Below are positions 23,166 through 29,320 of a stretch of 35,328 nucleotides of DNA, piece after piece (within the stretch, counting starts at the first letter, position 1; every line of letters starts with the position of its first letter). This stretch comes from a virus: the IMG/VR virus record IMGVR_UViG_3300020583_000009; one strand, given 5' to 3'. Below the pieces are notes generated by a model, which had not been told where the DNA came from, ran no database searches, and worked only from the letters and a program-made list of their open reading frames with translations. A program made the translations under genes and the position numbers.

Positions 23166-23395
23166 TTCATTAAGGGCGCAATCAGTTCATAGCCCCGACT
23201 CTTGCGCCTCTTCATCATTTGCTCAATGGTTTTTTTCGCTTCTTCTTCGGAGCATAAGAAAATATTCTTCTTGCCACCACGATTTGAATTACAGCTACCC
23301 CAACTGTAATCAAGCCTAATCCTATTATCATCTTCCTGCACGGCAATCTTATAAAATCTGTCTTTCGCTCTATTGAGCCATTGGTAAATCAGCAT
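23162..23395 (-). CDS. Stand-alone WGR-domain protein
   Basis: 77 aa. RFYKIAVQ...RLDYSWGSCNSNRGGKKNIFLCSEEEAKKTIEQMMKRRKSRGY fits the short bacterial WGR pattern (FY.i.v...WGRiG..G....f.s.eeA......K..rGY). Confidence 0.65.
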   Translation of the reverse strand: MLIYQWLNRAKDRFYKIAVQEDDNRIRLDYSWGSCNSNRGGKKNIFLCSEEEAKKTIEQMMKRRKSRGYELIAPLMN

Positions 23396-23507
23396 AGGTA
23401 TTTAACATCTCATCTAGTGTTTCTTTAATTTCACGATAATTGTCTTCGTCCATAAAGAAAGAAGGGTCTTGTACGTCCAGTTGTAGACCCTCTACGTAGA
23501 ATGTCAT
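23370..23507 (-). CDS. Possible 45-aa acidic ORF upstream of the WGR gene
   Basis: MTFYVEGLQLDVQDPSFFMDEDNYREIKETLDEMLNTYADLPMAQ. Weak RBS. Overlaps the WGR start by 26 nt. Confidence 0.3.
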   Translation of the reverse strand: MTFYVEGLQLDVQDPSFFMDEDNYREIKETLDEMLNTYADLPMAQ

Positions 23508-23534
23508 TCGCTTATTTATGCCTAAAAAGTTGGC

Positions 23535-23563
23535 ATAGTACAAAATCATGATCTCTGATGCAA
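23535..23563 (-). promoter_or_regulatory. Promoter candidate TTGCAT-N17-TACTAT (minus strand)
   Basis: -35 is the reverse complement of 23558-23563. -10 is the reverse complement of 23535-23540. Lies upstream of the 45-aa ORF and the WGR gene. Confidence 0.4.
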
Positions 23564-23599
23564 GTCAATTCATTCTAAGACTATCCTTAGCGTGAATTT

Positions 23600-23662
23600 T
23601 TTCCCGGGAAATTTCCCATGGGAAAACGGGAAAAGCGGAAAAACTCAACCGTGACTTTTCCC
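23600..23662. promoter_or_regulatory. Array of TTTCCC/GGGAAA half-sites including two abutting perfect palindromes
   Basis: TTTCCCGGGAAA (23600-23611) and TTTCCCATGGGAAA (23612-23625). Then GGGAAAA (23628), GGAAAAA (23637) and TTTTCCC (23656). Confidence 0.55.
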
Positions 23663-23669
23663 TGAAAGT

Positions 23670-23912
23670 TTAACTCCCTTCATCTTCCTGTACATTTCCC
23701 AGTAATTTTGCTAGCTCAACATCAAGGGCAATTGAATCAGGCGTGAGACACCCTTCATTCATTTCTCGCACAAGGTGAACGAGGAACATGTAAGATTTTT
23801 GGATTGCTTGGGGATTTCTGGTTTTAACACTGCGTTCCATGTTGTCTAGGAACTTATGAACATTCTTTAATTCACGCAATACGCCTAAGCGCATTTTATT
23901 CAGATCATTCAT
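23670..23912 (-). CDS. Hypothetical protein (80 aa)
   Basis: ORF in the operon. Overlaps the upstream gene by 8 nt. Confidence 0.6.
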   Translation of the reverse strand: MNDLNKMRLGVLRELKNVHKFLDNMERSVKTRNPQAIQKSYMFLVHLVREMNEGCLTPDSIALDVELAKLLGNVQEDEGS

Positions 23913-24090
23913 TTAAGGGATCATCTATTATAATAGTTCCGACAGTTCGGGATAGAGAAGGGAATAATTCGGCGAATGCTTCTTGTGACATTGGATTCAT
24001 CCGGAGAACTGGAATTGTATAATCACATCGTGTACATTGCAAAAATGTAGGGTGTCGGTCGTCAAATTGGTGTTTACACTCTTCTTTCAT
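23905..24090 (-). CDS. Hypothetical Cys-containing protein (61 aa)
   Basis: AGGATA RBS. Motif CKHQ...CTRCDY. Confidence 0.6.
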   Translation of the reverse strand: MKEECKHQFDDRHPTFLQCTRCDYTIPVLRMNPMSQEAFAELFPSLSRTVGTIIIDDPLNE

Positions 24091-24113
24091 AATAATTATC
24101 CTATTTGTTCATG

Positions 24114-24152
24114 TTCGGTAATATTCGGTTAAATTCGGTACTAAAATACGGT
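24114..24152. repeat. Phased iterons TTCGGT x3 at exactly 10-bp spacing plus TACGGT
   Basis: TTCGGT at 24114, 24124 and 24134. TACGGT at 24147. AT-rich 234-bp intergenic region. Confidence 0.6.
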
Positions 24153-24164
24153 ATAAAAGTTAAC

Positions 24165-24206
24165 CAAATTGTTAGTACTAATTTCCTACTAATTTCTATC
24201 AAATTG
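24165..24206. repeat. Tandem TACTAATTTC x2 (11-bp period) flanked by CAAATTG x2
   Basis: TACTAATTTC at 24176-24185 and 24187-24196. CAAATTG at 24165-24171 and 24200-24206. Confidence 0.55.
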
Positions 24207-24324
24207 GTATTAGTGTTTAATGCATATAAATCAATGACTTAGCCTATTTCATGCGCACTAAGTCTGATTATTGTAATAACCAGACTCATGCTGGAAAGTG
24301 TAGTCAAAGTATTCAGCGATAGAA

Positions 24325-24951
24325 TTATTCTTCTTCGTGTTCTTCTTCGAGGTGATCGATAACATCGACAAAAGCTTTGTTCATTTCATACATGCAATCT
24401 TTAATATATTCCACGGTTAAATCAGTGGCTTTAATTTCGGCTGCAAACTCTTCCATGAAACAAACTAAACGATGTTGAACAGGGCAAATATTAATTTCGT
24501 AAGCTTCGGCTAACTTCATGACGCTTTCTTCTGCCTTGTCCAAAATGTCTTTGATGTTATTTGTTTTTGGATGGGCTGCTTCTTCTGCTATTTCATTGGC
24601 TACTTTAAGCAATTGTCTTTGAACTGATTTCTCACGAATGATATCCACATGGGCGCGGATGTTTTTTAATGAGGGGCAATCATTGGCTAATCCATAGATG
24701 TCTTCTTCTAATAAGCCACTTTCTTTTACATAGTCTATTTGATCGACAATCATAGGCGCGTCAAAATGTTGGTGCTTATTCCATAGTTCACCCATGACAT
24801 GAAAAATTCTTTTGTGCTTATTAAAATAGAAGTCATTCTCGCAAAGGTTCTCTTTAACGATTGGGTAAAGCTGGCAATCTAAAATCATTGCGCCAATGAC
24901 GGTGCATTCTGATTCATGAGGTGGTGTTAATTTAAATTTTCCTTGTGTCAT
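24325..24951 (-). CDS. DnaB-helicase N-terminal-domain-only protein
   Basis: 208 aa. PPHESECTVIGAMILDCQLYPIV...DFYFNKHKRIFHVMGEL...NIRAHVDIIREKSVQRQLLKVANEI parallels the DnaB N-terminal domain. No Walker A. Acidic tail EEEHEEE. Confidence 0.78.
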   Translation of the reverse strand: MTQGKFKLTPPHESECTVIGAMILDCQLYPIVKENLCENDFYFNKHKRIFHVMGELWNKHQHFDAPMIVDQIDYVKESGLLEEDIYGLANDCPSLKNIRAHVDIIREKSVQRQLLKVANEIAEEAAHPKTNNIKDILDKAEESVMKLAEAYEINICPVQHRLVCFMEEFAAEIKATDLTVEYIKDCMYEMNKAFVDVIDHLEEEHEEE

Positions 24952-25178
24952 TGTGGTTGTCCTTGTTTAAGTAACTGATCGGCACATTCAACATAGCCAA
25001 CAATATCAACGTAACTGTCTCTATGGTTGTTATGCTTTGCCCGTGACACCTTTAAAAGAATCATCATTTTGGCTACATCCAGCGAATCAATATGATGACC
25101 CATATATGCAGACCATAGGCCAGCAATGCGCTTTAGAATATTATTGTTTTTTACTTTTACCTCGACTCGGTAATCCAT
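24948..25178 (-). CDS. Conserved phage protein (DUF6378-like helical domain)
   Basis: 76 aa. ILKRIAGLWSAYMG...DVAKMMILLKVSRAKHNNHRDSYVDIVGYVECA matches a common phage family from memory. Confidence 0.6.
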   Translation of the reverse strand: MDYRVEVKVKNNNILKRIAGLWSAYMGHHIDSLDVAKMMILLKVSRAKHNNHRDSYVDIVGYVECADQLLKQGQPQ

Positions 25179-25259
25179 AGCAACACTCTCCCTGTTTCAT
25201 AAAAAAACCTCCTTGTCAAAGGTACGAAATTACCTTGTTTTAGCACTGAAACGTCCGTT

Positions 25260-25556
25260 TTAGTGGGTATTTCGTTCCTGCATTGGCAATTCAAAGATAT
25301 GCCAAACTAAACCATTGGGCATATGCAATGTTTTATAGAAGCGTAATTGCTCCATGTGGTCAATCTTGTGACCTGTGCCGTAAATTTTAAAATATCTTTC
25401 TTCAAATTCAGCTTCTTCGTGAAGCGCAACCCATAAGAAAATATTATCGCCTTGATTATTGATGTCGCAAATGTGTGAATTCTTAGGTAGTTTTACTGTG
25501 ATTATTCCATCTTGAAGGGGTAATTCGTACTTGTATATCACATTCATTGGTGACAT
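25260..25556 (-). CDS. Conserved hypothetical phage protein (98 aa)
   Basis: AAGGA RBS. Motifs YKYELP...LWV...YGTGHKID...LVWHIFE. Confidence 0.62.
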   Translation of the reverse strand: MSPMNVIYKYELPLQDGIITVKLPKNSHICDINNQGDNIFLWVALHEEAEFEERYFKIYGTGHKIDHMEQLRFYKTLHMPNGLVWHIFELPMQERNTH

Positions 25557-25613
25557 AAATATATCCTTATATTACAGTATGGTTGTCTTGAAAAAACAAA
25601 GGATAAATCATAG

Positions 25614-25949
25614 ATGAAAATAAAACTACTAGCTGCTATTTTAAGTTTGGGGTCTAATGCGGCATTTTGCGGTGGCTTGCTGTTCGATGTGCAGTCTTCA
25701 AGCGATGCAATTAATGTGCCAATTACTTTGTGTTTAGATGGAAAAGCACAAATGTCTTGTCAAAATTACACAGCAACAGGGTTGGATTTATACATAAAAA
25801 CTCGAACAACCAATCATACCAATTACCCGAACGCAGGAATAAGGGTAAATACTACAGGCTATAAGTTGTCTGATTGTGTAGCCAATGCAAATACTTACTG
25901 TATATTCAATGCCAATAGCTTTAATGCTGTTCATATCGGCTTGAAATAA
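25614..25949 (+). CDS. Secreted Cys-containing protein; opposite-strand moron
   Basis: 111 aa. Signal peptide MKIKLLAAILSLGSNAAF with 6 Cys in the full-length protein. The only + strand gene inside the - strand operon. AT-rich. Confidence 0.7.
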   Translation: MKIKLLAAILSLGSNAAFCGGLLFDVQSSSDAINVPITLCLDGKAQMSCQNYTATGLDLYIKTRTTNHTNYPNAGIRVNTTGYKLSDCVANANTYCIFNANSFNAVHIGLK

Positions 25950-26000
25950 AAGTAAGCCCTCATCTTGAGCGTACCTAATAGAGCTAAACAGCGTTAGGAT

Positions 26001-26189
26001 TTACAGAGGCTTTGAGGGCTTAGGGTTACTTTGTGGCGTGTCCTCGACAGGTTCGCCGCAAAAGTAGGCGTATGATACAGGCATCCACGGATGGCCAGCA
26101 ATAAATTTTCTATCTTGTTCGTTTAATTTACGGCCACATTTATTTTCACAGGCTGGGCTTGCACAATAACTTTTATCTTTGTAACTCAT
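26001..26189 (-). CDS. Hypothetical Cys-rich protein (62 aa)
   Basis: AAGGTG RBS. Motif YCASPACENKCGRKL...FCGEP. Confidence 0.55.
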   Translation of the reverse strand: MSYKDKSYCASPACENKCGRKLNEQDRKFIAGHPWMPVSYAYFCGEPVEDTPQSNPKPSKPL

Positions 26190-26330
26190 TTACCACACCT
26201 TATACATTTATCGTATCGTTGAACATAAATGGGTTCTCCATTGGTTAGGAACCCGTAAAAGTCTCTGTGTTGCGTTCTATCATGGCCTAGAACACTACAT
26301 TTAACTCGCGCAAGAATCGTGCCAAGTCTG

Positions 26331-26729
26331 CTATTCTTCGTCTTTGCATCCATTTTTCACCCATTCCTTTGCTTTTTCATGTCCATTTAAAGATTCTTCC
26401 CACAATGAGTAACGATTCGTATACATTTCATGTCCGTTTTCATCGAAGACCATTGTTTCAAATATTAATGGGCGACCTTCACCGTACAGATTATGATCCA
26501 TTCCCAAAAATACGGTAGAGATTCTCTTGCCGTCAATCTCGTCCTCGGCAACTCTTCGTCTATCATCACCTCGGCTATCTTGAAACCATTCCCCCCATTC
26601 TCTCAATGTGCACTTGTAGGGTTTTTTATTGTCATCGAGTAGGTAATAATAATCACGGCTATTTAAAAGTTCATCGGCTTGTTTGCGCAATGCTTCTAAT
26701 TCTCTTTCATTCATTACAATCAAAGCCAT
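26331..26729 (-). CDS. Conserved hypothetical phage protein (132 aa)
   Basis: The motif ISTVFLGMDHNLYGEGRPLIFETMVF...RYSLWEESLNGH is seen in many phages. Function unknown. Confidence 0.65.
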   Translation of the reverse strand: MALIVMNERELEALRKQADELLNSRDYYYLLDDNKKPYKCTLREWGEWFQDSRGDDRRRVAEDEIDGKRISTVFLGMDHNLYGEGRPLIFETMVFDENGHEMYTNRYSLWEESLNGHEKAKEWVKNGCKDEE

Positions 26730-26911
26730 TATTTTTCCTTGATGTGGTCTTTGTATATTTCTGCAATACCAGTTTGAACATCAGCAATAGCATCGTACAT
26801 CGTTGGGTAGCCGATATCTTTTAAGCAGATACTTACACGGTCGTCATATTTAATCACTCCACCTCGAACCAAGCACCGAAAATCTTCTTCATCTAAACTT
26901 ATGTATTCCAT
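26729..26911 (-). CDS. Hypothetical protein (60 aa)
   Basis: TAATG coupling on both sides. Confidence 0.55.
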   Translation of the reverse strand: MEYISLDEEDFRCLVRGGVIKYDDRVSICLKDIGYPTMYDAIADVQTGIAEIYKDHIKEK

Positions 26912-27237
26912 TATTCACCACATATCATCGTTTTAAGTTTCTCTTTCATATAACCAAGATTATGTTGCCCTTCAAGCAAAGGCTTCATCATCATGTACCA
27001 CTCACCAATTTGATAACAAATGTGATCAATCTGTCTGTCTGTTAACGGAGCCATTTTAGCGACCTGATATTCTACGGCTGATGAACATTTTGTAAGTACA
27101 GCTTGTATGATAAAAAATGCCTGGTGGAGTTTTTCTTTTGAATCTTCACTATTATTGTCTGCAAATTCCCACATTAAATCGCTTATCTTTGCTGATAATT
27201 GATCATGTTTTTCTATTGCTTCCTCTGGTGTCATCAT
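26911..27237 (-). CDS. Hypothetical protein (108 aa)
   Basis: Translationally coupled ORF. Confidence 0.6.
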   Translation of the reverse strand: MMTPEEAIEKHDQLSAKISDLMWEFADNNSEDSKEKLHQAFFIIQAVLTKCSSAVEYQVAKMAPLTDRQIDHICYQIGEWYMMMKPLLEGQHNLGYMKEKLKTMICGE

Positions 27238-27449
27238 TATTTGTTCTCATAATAAATTGAATTAACGCGGTTCATGACCATATTGAAAAGCTGATCAATG
27301 TCATTCTTTAACTCTTCACCGTGCACCATCTCAGTGACTTTTTTGGATAGAACGCTTAGGCTTCCGCATATTTCCCCGAGCAGCAAAGCAGCTCTATCGC
27401 CGCGTTTCATCATTTCATTTATAGCTTCTTCATTCATACTTCGATCCAA
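27237..27449 (-). CDS. Hypothetical protein (70 aa)
   Basis: Coupled ORF. Overlaps the DUF2829 gene end by 16 nt. Confidence 0.58.
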   Translation of the reverse strand: MDRSMNEEAINEMMKRGDRAALLLGEICGSLSVLSKKVTEMVHGEELKNDIDQLFNMVMNRVNSIYYENK

Positions 27450-27808
27450 TCATCCGCTTTAAAATCCGCAAAGGTAGGATTGAAAGAAAACTGTGACATT
27501 TTATGTAATACCAGCCCGTCTGTTGGGTCTAGGTAAATATAAAACTCAGGCTTCCAATCACTCATCCAAGCGCGTGTACCTTTTTGCAAATCTGGGATGA
27601 TTTCGCAAAAGGTCTTTGCCTCGGGCGCACCTTCGACCATCCAACCATCCGACACCATAATGTCTTCGGTATATAAATAATGCTCTAACACTGGTTGATA
27701 CGAATGCACTTTTCCTTCTTCCATTACAAAGTACAGGCCATCACGCCAATCATTCCGGGTAACTTTCTTTCCTGCTTTTAGCAAATCCATTGCATCGCAA
27801 AAGTTCAT
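27434..27808 (-). CDS. DUF2829-like protein, early-region copy
   Basis: 124 aa. FCDAMDLLKAGKKVTRNDW, an internal second FCEIIPDLQKGTRAWMSDW, and a C-terminal FKADDWIEV. AAAGGAG RBS. ATGA overlap with the phosphoesterase gene. Confidence 0.68.
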   Translation of the reverse strand: MNFCDAMDLLKAGKKVTRNDWRDGLYFVMEEGKVHSYQPVLEHYLYTEDIMVSDGWMVEGAPEAKTFCEIIPDLQKGTRAWMSDWKPEFYIYLDPTDGLVLHKMSQFSFNPTFADFKADDWIEV

Positions 27809-28362
27809 TGGTCTAACTCCTTTAGTCGTTCCATGATTAAACTGCTGTGTACTGGCCTTAAGTTATGACGCTCAACGGCAACATTAAAGTAATTCTTGTC
27901 AGTTACCCAAACCATTTCGCAAAACGCTTTTTCAGCAACCGCATAACTAACGCCTGTCTTCACTTCTTTACTGTGCAAGTGACCGTGAACATTAACCCAA
28001 AACCGCTGGCCTAGATGTTCAGGGTGTACGGGAATGTGAGTTAATATACATCTCTTCCAATAGTGCGCACCAAAGAGCCTTTGAAAATGACGAACATATA
28101 AATCGAAGCTATGACAATCGTGATTCCCCATAACGAGACGCTTGTGGCCATTAAGCCTGTCAGCAATAGGCACATTGATAGCCCCAAAAGCAAAGTCACC
28201 GAGATGAAATACAATGTCTTTCGGACGCACCGTATCATTCCAATTGGCAATAAGCTGTTCATTCATTTCCTCCACTGTTTCAAAGGGTCGAGCTTCCTTC
28301 TCATACTCAAGGATATTCTTGTGTCCAAAGTGTGTGTCTGATGTGAAATAAGTATCAACCAT
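27805..28362 (-). CDS. Calcineurin-like metallophosphoesterase
   Basis: 185 aa. Motifs SDTHFGH, HLGDFAF, GNHD, THIPVH and HGHLH in canonical order. Confidence 0.85.
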   Translation of the reverse strand: MVDTYFTSDTHFGHKNILEYEKEARPFETVEEMNEQLIANWNDTVRPKDIVFHLGDFAFGAINVPIADRLNGHKRLVMGNHDCHSFDLYVRHFQRLFGAHYWKRCILTHIPVHPEHLGQRFWVNVHGHLHSKEVKTGVSYAVAEKAFCEMVWVTDKNYFNVAVERHNLRPVHSSLIMERLKELDQ

Positions 28363-28603
28363 CTTTTTCGCCTATTTCCTCTAGCAAGTTGTTTGACGCT
28401 TGATTAATCCAAACCAAAACAGGTGACGCTGGTTTTATTGTATTGGATTCATCAGCAATCATTTTTACAAAATCAACAAGCATGTCATAACGCTGGAATT
28501 TGCGTGGCGAACAGCCCACATGGTCAAGCCATTTGAGCATTCGCTTGTCAAGTTCATCACAGTTTTCGCACTTACTCACCGTCTTCACCAAACATTTCTT
28601 CAA
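28355..28603 (-). CDS. Hypothetical protein (up to 82 aa; start uncertain)
   Basis: The track start 28603 is TTG. Alternatives are GTG 28579 (overlapping the upstream stop) and ATG 28540. Confidence 0.5.
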   Translation of the reverse strand: MKKCLVKTVSKCENCDELDKRMLKWLDHVGCSPRKFQRYDMLVDFVKMIADESNTIKPASPVLVWINQASNNLLEEIGEKDG

Positions 28604-28859
28604 TGATTAACTCGAACTGTTCTTTTCGGCGTTTAACCAAGTCAAGGTCGTCAATCGCATCAATCATTTTGTGAAAATCAATAGGGTATTCACTGGCTAA
28701 CTCTTGAATCTTTTGTTCACCTTCGGCAATTTGAGATTCAATTTTGCATACTTCAAGTTCGGCTTTCTTCTTCATCTCTCTGGCGCGTAACGGTGCCATA
28801 GCTTCCTTGATTTTATCCTTGCAAAGAATCAATACGTCTTTGTATTTTAATAGAGCCAT
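28572..28859 (-). CDS. Hypothetical coiled-coil protein (95 aa)
   Basis: AAGGAA RBS. Charged heptad-like sequence. Confidence 0.6.
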   Translation of the reverse strand: MALLKYKDVLILCKDKIKEAMAPLRAREMKKKAELEVCKIESQIAEGEQKIQELASEYPIDFHKMIDAIDDLDLVKRRKEQFELIIEEMFGEDGE

Positions 28860-28860
28860 T

Positions 28861-29070
28861 TTATTTCCTTAATAATAATAGTTTTTTCTTTGATGCTTTA
28901 GCTATATATGCTTTAGCCATTTCTTGACCTAAAATGTTGGCCATTTCTGTTCCTGCATAATTGCGTAACGCAGCTTGGTATTGCTGCATACTTTGCTGTT
29001 GTTGAGCCAAGCCCATGCTTCCCATTTGCATATGCAAGCAGTTATAAGACGCGCATTGGTTACAATACAT
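28861..29070 (-). CDS. Hypothetical Gln/Met-rich protein (69 aa)
   Basis: Strong AAGGAGG RBS. Contains MQMGSMGLAQQQQSMQQYQ. Confidence 0.58.
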   Translation of the reverse strand: MYCNQCASYNCLHMQMGSMGLAQQQQSMQQYQAALRNYAGTEMANILGQEMAKAYIAKASKKKLLLLRK

Positions 29071-29081
29071 TCATGACCTCC

Positions 29082-29201
29082 TTATCCCAATATCAACATG
29101 GCTCCAAAGCTTAATAAACAACCTTCCCACCAATCAAGTTGTACGTGATGGCTAAGAACCACCACGAAACAAGTCACTCCAATTGCTTTTAATACTCTCA
29201 T
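29082..29201 (-). CDS. Possible 39-aa membrane peptide
   Basis: MRVLKAIGVTCFVVVLSHHVQLDWWEGCLLSFGAMLILG. AAGG 8 nt upstream. Below the track cutoff. Confidence 0.35.
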   Translation of the reverse strand: MRVLKAIGVTCFVVVLSHHVQLDWWEGCLLSFGAMLILG

Positions 29202-29217
29202 TTACAACCTTGTTTAT

Positions 29218-29295
29218 GGAGACAGGGCTAGGGATTTCACCTAGATTTCCCGCTTTACAGGCGGGTGATTTACGGCCTTATCACGTGTTATCTCC
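29218..29295 (-). ncRNA. tRNA-like cloverleaf (non-canonical; anticodon-loop-like CUGUAAA)
   Basis: On the minus strand: closing stem GGAGATA/TGTCTCC (one G-U pair). Three hairpins: ACG..CGT, CCCGC-CTGTAAA-GCGGG and CTAGG-TGAAATC-CCTAG. There are extra junction nucleotides and the T-loop is not TTCRA. Confidence 0.3.
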
Positions 29296-29320
29296 GCTTT
29301 AAATCTACCCCGTCATAAAA

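Noticed and set aside
25954-26021. 9-bp inverted repeat AAGCCCTCA/TGAGGGCTT as a bidirectional terminator
   Set aside because: The arms are 50 nt apart. One arm lies inside the 26001..26189 coding sequence, and there is no U-tract on either strand.
26190-26330. 141-bp gap searched for a missed gene
   Set aside because: Only 12-13-codon ORFs are present. The gap contains a 6-bp hairpin GGGTTC/GAACCC (26231-26254) with a weak T-rich tail. There is not enough evidence to call a terminator or an sRNA.
29218-29295. Bona fide tRNA-Tyr gene
   Set aside because: The anticodon loop fits, but four extra nt precede the D-arm and three extra nt follow the T-arm. The T-loop is TGAAATC rather than TTCRAxx, and a bacterial tRNA-Tyr should have a long variable arm. 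I kept it only as a tRNA-like element.
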